Virus record (IMG/VR): IMGVR_UViG_3300032213_003587
Span: 52,442-116,441 of that record
DNA: 64,000 bases
Strand: one strand, 5' to 3'
Source of the DNA: a virus
Shown: in pieces, positions 27,528 through 36,490 of the stretch
How the letters are laid out: each line of letters begins with the position of its first letter
How positions within the stretch are numbered: the first letter of the stretch is position 1
Program-made: the position numbers and the translations under genes
Notes under the pieces: generated by a model
Told to the model about the DNA's origin: nothing
The model's input: only the letters and a program-made list of their open reading frames with translations
The model's database searches: none

Positions 27528-28261
27528 TTCCTCGATATAATTAATGGATAATTAACAATTTTTCTACCGGTGAACGGTATACTATTTACTAGGTGCTCAA
27601 ATTCCATTCTAGTATATTTCGGCCGGATTGTCAAGCTTTTTTCCGCATACAAAACTACAAGCAGTTCGCGGCTTTGATACAGTCCGTTGGGCACGGTCGC
27701 GACTAATTCGCGTTCTCCGGTCAACGAAGTTTCGGAATCAGCCGTAGATAACGCACCGGCATGCACCGTGGTATAGACATCGTCATAGAGATTGAAGATT
27801 ACATAGTGGCCAGGACGATTGGCAATGGCGTTCACAGTAAAGCGTTCTCCGTGATCGAGATCGTGCTTACTGGTTATGGTTAAATGGATTTTATTTTCTA
27901 ATTTGATGACATCGGCTTGGATGTTCACAGTACAGACCGAGGATCGGTTGTCGGGTGCAACTACAGCGGTTTTATTGATGATGCGACGAATTTGACCGGT
28001 GGTTTCGGCGTATAATTCGCGATGAGTAGAACAGGCTGCATTTCTACAGACTTCGTTGGTCTGGTATTCAATGCTTTCGCCGATGGCATTTTCTATGGCA
28101 TTGCGACGAGCTCGATCTAAGGCATATTCACAGGCCACGGATTCCGCAGTATCCGGACCAAAACGATATTCGCCAGTGCCGTGCACTATGGCAGCATTGG
28201 CAGTGGCAGACAATACAAGTAACGCTGCTGCCGATCTAAATCCCACCCGCAAAATATTCAT
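27524..28261 (-). CDS. Exported protein (FlgT/LPP20-like N-terminal domain)
   Basis: Signal peptide; GTGEYRFGPD..ES.AC..A..RA..NA. Confidence 0.6.
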   Translation of the reverse strand: MNILRVGFRSAAALLVLSATANAAIVHGTGEYRFGPDTAESVACEYALDRARRNAIENAIGESIEYQTNEVCRNAACSTHRELYAETTGQIRRIINKTAVVAPDNRSSVCTVNIQADVIKLENKIHLTITSKHDLDHGERFTVNAIANRPGHYVIFNLYDDVYTTVHAGALSTADSETSLTGERELVATVPNGLYQSRELLVVLYAEKSLTIRPKYTRMEFEHLVNSIPFTGRKIVNYPLIISRK

Positions 28262-28439
28262 TGACTCGCTCCCGTGCTTCTTCCAAGCTCACGGCCCATA
28301 CTGTGACAGTGGCAACGCCGCCACTGATTTTCATGTCATAGGGCACTGGTCCATAAAAATCAAATTCTTCAGGTACTGCAGTAACAATCTGCCACTGCTT
28401 CAATTCCTTCATTCTCTGCACCACATCTTCAACTTTCAT
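28236..28439 (-). CDS. Hypothetical protein
   Basis: GGAGG SD; promoter immediately upstream. Confidence 0.65.
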   Translation of the reverse strand: MKVEDVVQRMKELKQWQIVTAVPEEFDFYGPVPYDMKISGGVATVTVWAVSLEEARERVNEYFAGGI

Positions 28440-28448
28440 GATACCTCC

Positions 28449-28477
28449 AGTATATATGAAATGATCCTAGTTGTCAA
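28449..28477 (-). promoter_or_regulatory. Sigma70-type promoter TTGACA-N17-TATACT
   Basis: Near-consensus. Confidence 0.75.
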
Positions 28478-28748
28478 GCTTTTCTTCGTGCAGCCTTCGT
28501 TGATCGAATCGGCGTTCCTGCACAGTGCGTTCTCCATCGGCCCGACGTGGATTCATGCACATATAGCATTTCGGATCTCCGCAGTTCAAAATTGCTTTTT
28601 TATGATTTCGATGTGGCTGATCAATGTATTTCCATTTCCGATCTTTGTGCATATTATAGGCACGAGCAATCTCCATCTGTCGCTGAATTTTAGTTTCTTT
28701 TTGATGCAGTCTTTCACTGTGATGAATTTTATCGTCTTCGTGACTCAT
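28467..28748 (-). CDS. Hypothetical basic protein with C-x4-C-x2-C motif
   Basis: NCGDPKCYMCMNPR. Confidence 0.7.
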   Translation of the reverse strand: MSHEDDKIHHSERLHQKETKIQRQMEIARAYNMHKDRKWKYIDQPHRNHKKAILNCGDPKCYMCMNPRRADGERTVQERRFDQRRLHEEKLDN

Positions 28749-28750
28749 GT

Positions 28751-29536
28751 TTACTCCGCATAATGGTACATCAGATCTTCCACCGTTCGTGTGCGTTGAT
28801 TCACACTATCGGTGCCCAATACAATCACGCTAAACCGTCGACCGTTCTTTTCCACAATCATGGCTAGACAACGACCGGCAGCATTGGTAAATCCGGTTTT
28901 ACTTACTACGGCATTATCAAATTCAAACAGCAGTTGAAAATTGGTGTTGCGAAGATGCACCTCTTGAAAGCGAAACTTACGACGCTGTTGCACCGGTACA
29001 GTCAGAGTTTTTTCTGCCACCGGCGATATTTCCGTAATGGCAGCATACTTCAGGGTGTGCATGAGCATCAGATTGATGTCATATACTGTAGTAACATTCA
29101 AGGCACTGCGTCCGCTGGGATCATCAAAAAAGGTGCGGTGCATGCGCAGCTCTCGGGACTTGATGTTCATTTCTTGAATGAATGCCGAACGACCGCCGGG
29201 ATGATTGCGAGCCAGATATTCTGCGGCTTCGTTGTCACTGCGGATCAGCAGATAGTTAAATACATAACCCCGTGGCATGCTGCGTCCGCGAAATTTTACG
29301 GCTCGCTGTAGATCCGAGTCATGGTCTAAACTGACCATGGCAGTCATGAGCTTGGTTATGCTAGCCAGGGGACGACGTTGATCGGGATTGCGCATTAGCA
29401 CAGCACGATCGTCGGTCAGATTGTAGAGTAGCACACTTGGTGGGATTCTTGCAGCCGCAGGTTTTCTCTGTGGGTGTGCCGGTCGAGCAGCGGCATTTGC
29501 AGCCACAAGCAGAATTAGCAGCAGAATTTTCTTCAT
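28751..29536 (-). CDS. D-alanyl-D-alanine carboxy/endopeptidase (peptidase S11, PBP7-like)
   Basis: Signal peptide; SxxK (SITK), SxN (SDN) and KTG triad. Confidence 0.9.
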   Translation of the reverse strand: MKKILLLILLVAANAAARPAHPQRKPAAARIPPSVLLYNLTDDRAVLMRNPDQRRPLASITKLMTAMVSLDHDSDLQRAVKFRGRSMPRGYVFNYLLIRSDNEAAEYLARNHPGGRSAFIQEMNIKSRELRMHRTFFDDPSGRSALNVTTVYDINLMLMHTLKYAAITEISPVAEKTLTVPVQQRRKFRFQEVHLRNTNFQLLFEFDNAVVSKTGFTNAAGRCLAMIVEKNGRRFSVIVLGTDSVNQRTRTVEDLMYHYAE

Positions 29537-29563
29537 TGAAGCGCATATTAGTTGGTGATCCGG

Positions 29564-29571
29564 TATTTATA
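29564..29571 (-). promoter_or_regulatory. T4 late promoter TATAAATA
   Basis: Perfect consensus upstream of the S11 peptidase. Confidence 0.8.
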
Positions 29572-29686
29572 GTAGGATGATGGCGGCAACCGCAAAAAGC
29601 AGCACCCATTCCATGAATGTGAACTGCAACCAAAGATCCAACAATCGAGGAAAATGTTTATTCAACCATGCCTGAAGTTTCCACAT
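29567..29686 (-). CDS. Small membrane protein (39 aa, MWKLQAWLNKHF...IILL)
   Basis: Hand translation; GGAG SD; absent from the ORF track. Confidence 0.55.
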   Translation of the reverse strand: MWKLQAWLNKHFPRLLDLWLQFTFMEWVLLFAVAAIILL

Positions 29687-29721
29687 TGGCGTCTACTCCG
29701 TGTAAAATAAAGTTAGATTAA

Positions 29722-29913
29722 TTACGGTCCTTGTTGTGGTTCTAGAGCCGCCGGCGGTTCTTCTTTGCGTTCTTCCTTCTTGGGTTGCACTATTACCACC
29801 GGTGTAGCCTCGGGTTTAGGATCCCAGTACTTATCGATTACAAAGTGGTTGGCACTCCACCAGCCTATGCCGGAAAAGAAACCGCCGATCAGAAGCTCTA
29901 TAATAGGGGTCAC
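29722..29913 (-). CDS. Small membrane protein
   Basis: GTGA overlap; hydrophobic N-terminus. Confidence 0.55.
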   Translation of the reverse strand: MTPIIELLIGGFFSGIGWWSANHFVIDKYWDPKPEATPVVIVQPKKEERKEEPPAALEPQQGP

Positions 29914-30992
29914 AAAATCCTTAGTATAAGTATATCGTCATTGAAACGACCATTCAACGGAGTCTCGGTTGTGCTGAGGTCACTCAATATGCGACGCAGC
30001 GGAACCTTGCTGGCCTTCATCATGGCTGCAATCACGTCTGCTGGTTTGCGCAGAGTGCGCTGCACACTAGCTTCTGGATCATAGCTCTGCAGGCTGGATC
30101 CTTTGACGCTAAAACCCGCAGCCCCTGTGGCGTGGTATACGCCAAGTTTTTTATTCTTTGTATTATAAACCCAGACCTGCTGCGCTCCCACCATGTTAGC
30201 CGGATGCAGACTTTCTAAATTCAAAGCTTCCGAGGTTTTCAGATACTTTAATTTGGCTACCTGCTCACCTGCGGGCTTCTGCTTCTTGGCTCGAGGCTTG
30301 CGATTGGCCTTCTTGAAGTTGGCATATTTTTCTGCATCTTCTACCAGACTGTTTAAAAAGTCTACATAGGCTCGCAGATTGCGCTTGCCCAGATGTGCAT
30401 AGGCTTCGGTTATCTGTTCATCAGTACCTATCATAGCGAGTTCGGCTGCACGTCGTATGCAGATGTCTTCCACCGCTGTCATATACTGCTTGGCCACATT
30501 ATGTGATTGACAGTACTTGTACAAACTAAAGCCCGTAGAACGATAGCCGTTGATAATGAAATTATCGATCTCACCTTCGACTTCGCCGAGAAATTCTGCC
30601 TGCTTTTCAGCCATGGCAGCTTGAATGCTTTTCTTGGCTGTGACTGCCGGTACTACTGGTTCAGGGTCCGTATTCTCTACTGCGGTTTTTAAGCAGTCCG
30701 AAATATGAGTCTGTAGACGCTGCAGGGTGCGTTCATCAAAGGTCGAGCCCTGCAGGATCATGCGAGCGATCCAGCCATAGGTTGGTACAAAGTAGTTACC
30801 ATCGATTCGGTCCCAGGTCTGCACACTCTTGGCATCGTGCTTTTTCAAGTAGGCGCGCACAAACGCCAGGGCATCCTTGCGTTCTTTTTCGTAGCTATAC
30901 CAGTTGAGATTGCGCATCAAGATGCCGCGATTGTCTAGCTCGGTATAATCTAAAGCCTTGGGTTCCGGGCCATTGATAACAGCATTAGACAT
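29910..30992 (-). CDS. Conserved T4-like core hypothetical protein
   Basis: LNWYSY, VAKLKY, GAQQVWVYNTKNKKL, TLRKP, NGRFN. Confidence 0.8.
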   Translation of the reverse strand: MSNAVINGPEPKALDYTELDNRGILMRNLNWYSYEKERKDALAFVRAYLKKHDAKSVQTWDRIDGNYFVPTYGWIARMILQGSTFDERTLQRLQTHISDCLKTAVENTDPEPVVPAVTAKKSIQAAMAEKQAEFLGEVEGEIDNFIINGYRSTGFSLYKYCQSHNVAKQYMTAVEDICIRRAAELAMIGTDEQITEAYAHLGKRNLRAYVDFLNSLVEDAEKYANFKKANRKPRAKKQKPAGEQVAKLKYLKTSEALNLESLHPANMVGAQQVWVYNTKNKKLGVYHATGAAGFSVKGSSLQSYDPEASVQRTLRKPADVIAAMMKASKVPLRRILSDLSTTETPLNGRFNDDILILRIL

Positions 30993-31317
30993 GCAGTTCT
31001 CCTAGAGAAAATGAAAATTCCCGAATGCTGTCCCAGCGGAAACTGCGCCAATCCTGTTTATCAATGTCCCACACAGTCTGAGCTTCTTCTGAGCGTTTAC
31101 GAGTGCTGGCTTCTTCTTTCTGCAATTTATCTGCAGGAATAAGATCCGGATGCAGGCTACCATGCAGCCAGCGTTCTGTACCATCGGATTTGATGAAGCA
31201 GATATTGACTCGTTCAGTGCGAAGTACTCCGCGAAACCATTCACGGAAGCCGGCCTGATCGCCTTCGCTGGCCTGAGCATACCAATTTGGTGTCCAACTA
31301 TCTAACAAGGGATTCAT
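30985..31317 (-). CDS. WYL_2/SH3-like beta-barrel protein
   Basis: F.KSDGTER....SL; VWDIDKQDWRSFRWDSI. Confidence 0.8.
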   Translation of the reverse strand: MNPLLDSWTPNWYAQASEGDQAGFREWFRGVLRTERVNICFIKSDGTERWLHGSLHPDLIPADKLQKEEASTRKRSEEAQTVWDIDKQDWRSFRWDSIREFSFSLGELHV

Positions 31318-31547
31318 CGTACATACCTTTCACATATATGGCGCTTGGCATCGCGCACAGATTTAAACTTAACATCGTCGATTATAATTGAGCGTCCGGT
31401 GATTGTCAAGTTAATTTTTGGCGATGAGAATATGTAGGCCTTCTTACCTCGGATGGTGTCTTTACTATACACAGCATCAAAGCCACCGAAGTATAAAGTG
31501 TCAGCCAATTCATCACGCCACTGCAGGGCTATAAATGCATCGTTCAT
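31314..31547 (-). CDS. Hypothetical protein
   Basis: ATGA overlaps at both ends. Confidence 0.65.
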   Translation of the reverse strand: MNDAFIALQWRDELADTLYFGGFDAVYSKDTIRGKKAYIFSSPKINLTITGRSIIIDDVKFKSVRDAKRHICERYVR

Positions 31548-31828
31548 TGCAAGGTAAACCTTCTCAGATATTCGTTGGCCAGGGCGTAGTCTGGTTCTAT
31601 GTCCAGGATGCGGTCAAAATGCTCTAGCAGAATAGTAACAATCAGACTATCCACAATCTGGCTTTTGGCCAGGGGCAGACTTTCTTGCCATTCCTGCAGG
31701 TCTTCTTCGTCTTGAAAACTCCACATGGCATCCAATAGCTCGGCCTGTTCTATATTCAAGCCAACAATTTCGATGCCCTGTCCTTGACGGTCATTGCTCA
31801 TCAATTTCTTGCTGCGGTATCCACTCAT
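31544..31828 (-). CDS. Hypothetical protein
   Basis: Start moved to MSGYRS (GGAG SD) to avoid the overlap. Confidence 0.6.
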   Translation of the reverse strand: MSGYRSKKLMSNDRQGQGIEIVGLNIEQAELLDAMWSFQDEEDLQEWQESLPLAKSQIVDSLIVTILLEHFDRILDIEPDYALANEYLRRFTLQ

Positions 31829-31829
31829 A

Positions 31830-32156
31830 TCATGCTCCAAAAATCTGCTCACGAGCGCAGGCCATGACTTCTTCAACATCAACTTTGATGCTGCGAGTAA
31901 AGCGTACGTCTTGATTGTTGCGTTCCTGTAGACTAAACTTACCAAATTTGGTTGGCTTTAGTGTCTTGGCTTTGCCACCCTTGCCATAGGTAACCAGGCT
32001 GCCGGTGGTTGAACAGAAATAATAACTATTATAGGCCATGTCAATGCCACGACCTTCGACGTTGACTCGTTTGAGTTTATAGCCCAGCAAAGGACCTAGA
32101 CGACCTTCCACAAAAATAGTTTCTGGGTTGGCATTGAATTCAGCATAGCTTTTCAT
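31830..32156 (-). CDS. Hypothetical protein
   Basis: GGAG SD; TAATG overlap. Confidence 0.65.
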   Translation of the reverse strand: MKSYAEFNANPETIFVEGRLGPLLGYKLKRVNVEGRGIDMAYNSYYFCSTTGSLVTYGKGGKAKTLKPTKFGKFSLQERNNQDVRFTRSIKVDVEEVMACAREQIFGA

Positions 32157-32257
32157 TATTTCATCTCCCGACGATCAATCTCAGCATCAACTACAATATA
32201 CACACCCACTACTGCGGCTAAAACCGCAAATACAATCTCAATCATTTCCATCGTCAT
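32156..32257 (-). CDS. Small membrane protein (33 aa)
   Basis: Hand translation MTMEMIEIVFAVLAAVVGVYIVVDAEIDRREMK; GAGGAG SD. Confidence 0.55.
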   Translation of the reverse strand: MTMEMIEIVFAVLAAVVGVYIVVDAEIDRREMK

Positions 32258-32265
32258 CTCCTCAA

Positions 32266-32565
32266 TTACATGCTATAATAGGCTTCGCTGCTTGGGCTGC
32301 AATAGTTCGGTGTATCGTAGCGTTCTTTGAACTCTTTGCCGTTCAAAAAGTTCTTTTGGACGACATAAGTCTCAAACAAATCAACAACGAACCCCTGCTT
32401 GCGTTTAGCGGCGACTACGGTATCAATATAGTCTCGGGTAACGGGTGCAAAGTCTATGACTTCTATGAAACGCAGTCCTGCTTTATTACGACCATAGCGT
32501 TCGTCACGCTTGATACGACGATCTGCTTTATAAATTTCTAGGCTATATTCTGTGAGCTTTGTCAT
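32266..32565 (-). CDS. Early hypothetical protein
   Basis: AAGGAG SD; ERYDTPNYCSPSSEAYYSM C-terminus. Confidence 0.75.
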   Translation of the reverse strand: MTKLTEYSLEIYKADRRIKRDERYGRNKAGLRFIEVIDFAPVTRDYIDTVVAAKRKQGFVVDLFETYVVQKNFLNGKEFKERYDTPNYCSPSSEAYYSM

Positions 32566-32594
32566 TTCGTTCTCTCCTTATTTACTATACCTCT

Positions 32595-32622
32595 ATTCTA
32601 TAGGAACGAACCGAAATGTCAA
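32595..32622 (-). promoter_or_regulatory. Early promoter TTGACA-N16-TAGAAT
   Basis: Shares GCTTGACATTT with the other early promoters. Confidence 0.75.
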
Positions 32623-32810
32623 GCCTTTTCTGCCGTGTCAGAAGCCACGCTGTCTGTGGGTTTTGCAACGGGTTTCTTCGGCGCCCCGTACTTCGAACAC
32701 CAAATACAGCGGGTGCTTGGTGTCCCTGAGAAGTATTCTTGTATGTCGAAGCCCGTGTATCCGCAGCCTCGACATACAAACTTCTTCAAATCAGCGTCAG
32801 TATCAGTCAT
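32619..32810 (-). CDS. Small zinc-finger protein (CxxC...CxxC)
   Basis: Start placed at MTDTD; CRGC and CIWC. Confidence 0.55.
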   Translation of the reverse strand: MTDTDADLKKFVCRGCGYTGFDIQEYFSGTPSTRCIWCSKYGAPKKPVAKPTDSVASDTAEKA

Positions 32811-32964
32811 GGAATGTGGTTGCTTCGGCGACATAGTGCATGTGTGGAATGTCTGCGTACTTGGCACGGATACGTGCTTCGGCGTCGTCGCGACTGTCTG
32901 CAGCAACAACGTAGTGATAGATTTCGGTTGAACTGAGTTCAACTAAAAAGATGTATTGGTTCAT
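32803..32964 (-). CDS. Hypothetical protein (53 aa, MNQYIFLVEL...)
   Basis: Hand translation; AAGGAG SD; absent from the ORF track. Confidence 0.65.
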   Translation of the reverse strand: MNQYIFLVELSSTEIYHYVVAADSRDDAEARIRAKYADIPHMHYVAEATTFHD

Positions 32965-32997
32965 GGTTTCTCCTTGATGCCGACATTGGCTCGATAT

Positions 32998-33225
32998 TTA
33001 TTCATTTAAAAAATCGTAGGTTTTTTCAAAGATAGGACCGTCACAGATATAGAGCTCACCGTCAATGCCTCGCATGAGATAGTCGCCAGGCTTGCCCTGC
33101 TTATAATCGCCTTCCAGGGTATTGACTCGGAATTCCACCTCCATCTTTTTAGCATGAACTACGATAGGTCGTTTCATGCAATGCTTCATCCCAACTACCT
33201 CTTCAAACGTATCAAACGTCTTCAT
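32998..33225 (-). CDS. PGDYG-like protein
   Basis: TLEG...GKPGDYLMRGIDGELY...IFEKTYD. Confidence 0.8.
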   Translation of the reverse strand: MKTFDTFEEVVGMKHCMKRPIVVHAKKMEVEFRVNTLEGDYKQGKPGDYLMRGIDGELYICDGPIFEKTYDFLNE

Positions 33226-33449
33226 TATAATACCGCCTTTTCAATAACAGCGTAGTCGTCCAACTCGTTCAAATCACGCTCGAATTCAGCATAGCGTACC
33301 GCATCTTCAAAGGTAGCAAATACACGCAAGACTACATCGCCCACGCTATCCTCTTCGGTAATACGATTGGTGACAACATAGACCTTGCTAACTCCAACTT
33401 CTGCACTGCGGTCTTCTTCAAAAACTACTCTTTCACTTAAAACTCTCAT
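33225..33449 (-). CDS. Hypothetical acidic protein
   Basis: Start placed at MRVLSE (AAGGA SD). Confidence 0.6.
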   Translation of the reverse strand: MRVLSERVVFEEDRSAEVGVSKVYVVTNRITEEDSVGDVVLRVFATFEDAVRYAEFERDLNELDDYAVIEKAVL

Positions 33450-33612
33450 TTTTATTCCTTTCAATCCAAATTTTAGCATCATATTTTCTACTGAAGCTAT
33501 CAATAATATAACCATCTTCGGCAACAACATGCCAAAGCACATATTCTCTGCCTGTGGCTGTTGCGCCATAACCTTTAACTATTGTCATCGATGTGTCTTT
33601 ATCATTTACCAT
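33433..33612 (-). CDS. Leaderless early hypothetical protein (59 aa, MVNDKDTS...)
   Basis: Hand translation; ATG 6 nt after the -10 box; absent from the ORF track. Confidence 0.6.
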   Translation of the reverse strand: MVNDKDTSMTIVKGYGATATGREYVLWHVVAEDGYIIDSFSRKYDAKIWIERNKNESFK

Positions 33613-33618
33613 ACTACC

Positions 33619-33646
33619 ATTATAGCACCTTGAATCAAAATGTCAA
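33619..33646 (-). promoter_or_regulatory. Early promoter TTGACA-N16-TATAAT (repeat family)
   Basis: TTGACATTTTGATTCAAGGTGCTATAATGGTAGTATG. Confidence 0.88.
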
Positions 33647-33963
33647 GCCCGCTTAATTCCGGTGCTGTTCAATGCTGGCTGATATGTTGCGATCAATTCG
33701 CGTTCTAATGCGTGGGCTGCTGCCTTGCCTCTGACAACCTGGTAAATGCCATAACTATGGGCTATGGTACCGTATGTCACGATGCTGTTGCAGAGAGCCC
33801 AGCCCTTGTTCTCATTCTTAGCACGCCAAACGTGCTTCTGTATTCTAACTAACAATGCTTTTCTGTTGGAACCTGCTGTGATACCCACATATTTCTCACC
33901 TGTGACGTTATTGGTGATAACATATACTATGTGGTTTCTATCGGATCGCTTTTTTCTCATCAT
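33643..33963 (-). CDS. GIY-YIG nuclease-domain protein
   Basis: VYVITNNVTGEKYVGIT, R...H, ERELI...PALN. Confidence 0.8.
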   Translation of the reverse strand: MMRKKRSDRNHIVYVITNNVTGEKYVGITAGSNRKALLVRIQKHVWRAKNENKGWALCNSIVTYGTIAHSYGIYQVVRGKAAAHALERELIATYQPALNSTGIKRA

Positions 33964-33969
33964 ACTACC

Positions 33970-33997
33970 ATTATAGCACCTTGATGCAAAATGTCAA
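33970..33997 (-). promoter_or_regulatory. Early promoter TTGACA-N16-TATAAT (repeat family)
   Basis: TTGACATTTTGCATCAAGGTGCTATAATGGTAGTATG. Confidence 0.88.
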
Positions 33998-34033
33998 GCC
34001 GTAGGAGAACCATTGATATCACTGGCTCTGTGA

Positions 34034-34432
34034 TCAAAGTTTTACGTGACTTCGGTGAATTCGGCACTGAATAATGCCGTTGTACCAGGCTTCGGGCTGC
34101 TCCAGGACCCTGAATGAGAATTGTTCGCGAGCTTCGATGTAGCTTAGAGTGCCCTTGGTTTTGCAGAGATAGAGTATTTCGCGACGGAAGTTTGCTGCGC
34201 CAAGTCGTTCCACATCAGCCTGTAGTTCAGGACTCGAACTCCAGTAGGTTGGCCAGTCGCTGAGGACCTTGGTTCTTTTTTTCCGGCCTTTGACTTGACG
34301 GGTTTTGCTAAAATAAAATAATTTCTTTCCGATGTATCGACGTCCATCGGTGAGATTGGTTATCATGTAGACGTAACCGATATTGTCGGCAATATCGGAT
34401 TCTTGAAACTCTCGACCTTCAAATAACCACAT
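34034..34432 (-). CDS. GIY-YIG-like nuclease (T4 NrdA.1-like family)
   Basis: GYVYMITNLTDGRRYIGKK, SDW..YWSS, F.REIL, YN. Confidence 0.8.
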   Translation of the reverse strand: MWLFEGREFQESDIADNIGYVYMITNLTDGRRYIGKKLFYFSKTRQVKGRKKRTKVLSDWPTYWSSSPELQADVERLGAANFRREILYLCKTKGTLSYIEAREQFSFRVLEQPEAWYNGIIQCRIHRSHVKL

Positions 34433-34459
34433 AATAAATCCCCGATTATAATCGGCTAT

Positions 34460-34609
34460 TTATTCCTCTTCGATGTCGTAGTTATCTTCCTGGTCCAGCT
34501 GTTCACCGCAAAAAGGACAATGGCTGACTCGATAATAGTGGTCATCCATGTCATATTTTATTCTAAAAACCGCATCACAGTTATCACATTCATGGTGCGT
34601 AGTTGGCAT
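34460..34609 (-). CDS. Small zinc-ribbon protein
   Basis: Start placed at MPTTHH; CDNC...CPFCG, acidic tail. Confidence 0.7.
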   Translation of the reverse strand: MPTTHHECDNCDAVFRIKYDMDDHYYRVSHCPFCGEQLDQEDNYDIEEE

Positions 34610-35126
34610 TATTACTTTCTCGATACTCATGACAGGATACACCATGAGCTCGTAAATAGTTGATTCCGTCGTCGCTGCGATATGGCCGAGCATACCAAAC
34701 TGCCTTAATACCACTCTGCAGTATGAGTTTGGCGCATTGTTGACACGGCGCATGGGTAATAAACAGGGTGGCTCCTTCGCCACTTTCGTGACTGCGAGCC
34801 AGCTTGGCTATGGCATTTTCTTCGGCGTGGATTACGTTGTCACGAGTCTTCAACCGATAATGCCATTGACCATATTCCGGATGCTCTCCAACCAGGGGAT
34901 ACATCTGATGAATTTCATCGGGGTTTAACCAGCCGCCGGTGTCACGTGGCATCCACTGAATGTCTTCACAGTTATTGTCATCGCCTGGTGCTGTACCGTT
35001 ATAGCCAATACTTATAATTCTATCGTTTTTGACTACTATGGCTCCGACCTTAAGCCTCCGGGCCTTGCTTAGCTCGGCGTAGCGCTGGGCAACATCCAGG
35101 TGAGCTTTGATCATCTTTAGTTTCAT
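34590..35126 (-). CDS. cd: dCMP deaminase
   Basis: VGAIVVK..RIISIGYNG, HAE, PCQQC. Confidence 0.93.
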   Translation of the reverse strand: MKLKMIKAHLDVAQRYAELSKARRLKVGAIVVKNDRIISIGYNGTAPGDDNNCEDIQWMPRDTGGWLNPDEIHQMYPLVGEHPEYGQWHYRLKTRDNVIHAEENAIAKLARSHESGEGATLFITHAPCQQCAKLILQSGIKAVWYARPYRSDDGINYLRAHGVSCHEYRESNNANYAP

Positions 35127-35283
35127 CTATTTTTCCCCAATGTCCATCTGGACAGCTTTTGCTTTTCATTAAAACTTTGCCGGGCATGAAGCAGCCACAG
35201 CTTTTACAGATGCGGGCTATGCGATTAAACTTCTCGCAGCCCTTGCATATATCCATGCGTTTCTGTGCATACTCAGGTAACAA
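35050..35283 (-). CDS. Cys-rich small protein (DUF6171-like)
   Basis: R..ICKGC...CKSCGCFM..K......CP.GHW. Confidence 0.7.
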   Translation of the reverse strand: MLPEYAQKRMDICKGCEKFNRIARICKSCGCFMPGKVLMKSKSCPDGHWGKIDETKDDQSSPGCCPALRRAKQGPEA

Positions 35284-36490
35284 TTTCTACCTCTGGAAAA
35301 TATCGAATAAAATGATCGGGATTGGCGCGCACTGCCTGAACTCGACGCTGAATCTCATCAAAGAAATTCCAGGCCAGGGGTACAAACACCAGCGGAACAT
35401 TTTCATACTTCTGCAGTTCATCGATGCTAACTATGGGTGTATGACGACCCGGAGTGTAACGACCCTGCTTCAGCGGATTGTCGTCGATGATAAAGTCCAG
35501 ATCCAGTTCGGCAAAATTGGTGACTACCATGCCCTTGGCTGCCGCACCATAGCCCACAACCTTGAATCCCTGACTGCGATAATTGGCTACTGTGGCATTT
35601 AATTCATCCATCAATCGACGTGCATTGGTTCCCCAGCGTTCATAGGTACTGAGATCATACATGCCATCGGCTCGGTCCAGGGCAATTAAATTTTCAATGC
35701 GATACGGATTGCCATAGCTGGTGCTCATGATCACAATATAGCTATTGCCGTGAATAGGTTGCTTTACGATGTCTTGAATAAACAGACCGGCTCGTTCTGC
35801 AATCTTACTCAGGCTCTGAACATTGAAGAAATTGATGTGTTCATGATAACAGGTATCAAATTCATTGTTGCGAATCATATCTACCTGACTGATCTGCATG
35901 AAGAATACTGTGTCTTTGTGCATCACATCTCTGACATTTTCCAGGAACCGCAGAGCATCATAGTTATGAGCCACTACATTCTGAGCCACAATTACGTCGG
36001 GTTTGAAACTGCGCAGAGTCGGCACTACTTCCGCAGTAAAATAACCGCAGGCCACATCATGACCTTTTTCTACTGCGGTAGGTACAATGTTCTCCGCTGG
36101 ATCAATGCCATAGGTTTTCCAACCTTTTTCTTTGAAGAAGTCCAGTTGTGTACCGTCGTTGCATCCGATGTCCAGCACGTTGCCGTAGTTTCTGTTGGTG
36201 TATTCCTGCACAAATTCTGTGAACCACAGCATGTTCTTTTTCAAGGTGTCGGTGGTTCCGCTGACATACAGATAATTTTTAAACATCAAATCCGGATGTA
36301 TGGCATGACTCAACTGCACATGACAGCATTCGGTGCACACCATGGCCGTCAGGGGAAACGCGGTTTCCGGTTCAATGGGCGACTTTAGATAGCTGTTGGC
36401 CAGGGGCTGTTGACCCAGATCCAGAGCCACCCGCAGATCTTCGCTGCCACAGGCGCAGCATTCGGTCAATTGTTTTGCATTTTCAATCAT
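35273..36490 (-). CDS. NDP-hexose C-methyltransferase-like protein with Zn-binding N-terminus
   Basis: CCACG, LGQQPLAN, C.EC.HVQL, DIGCNDG, YHEH, GYGAAAKG, PLAWNF. Confidence 0.9.
   Translation of the reverse strand: MIENAKQLTECCACGSEDLRVALDLGQQPLANSYLKSPIEPETAFPLTAMVCTECCHVQLSHAIHPDLMFKNYLYVSGTTDTLKKNMLWFTEFVQEYTNRNYGNVLDIGCNDGTQLDFFKEKGWKTYGIDPAENIVPTAVEKGHDVACGYFTAEVVPTLRSFKPDVIVAQNVVAHNYDALRFLENVRDVMHKDTVFFMQISQVDMIRNNEFDTCYHEHINFFNVQSLSKIAERAGLFIQDIVKQPIHGNSYIVIMSTSYGNPYRIENLIALDRADGMYDLSTYERWGTNARRLMDELNATVANYRSQGFKVVGYGAAAKGMVVTNFAELDLDFIIDDNPLKQGRYTPGRHTPIVSIDELQKYENVPLVFVPLAWNFFDEIQRRVQAVRANPDHFIRYFPEVEIVT

Noticed and set aside
28056-28763. 235-aa plus-strand ORF
   Set aside because: Spans three well-punctuated minus-strand genes on the opposite strand
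35750-36388. 212-aa plus-strand ORF (likewise 15637-16233, 47205-47768, 59683-60222)
   Set aside because: Antisense shadows of motif-bearing genes
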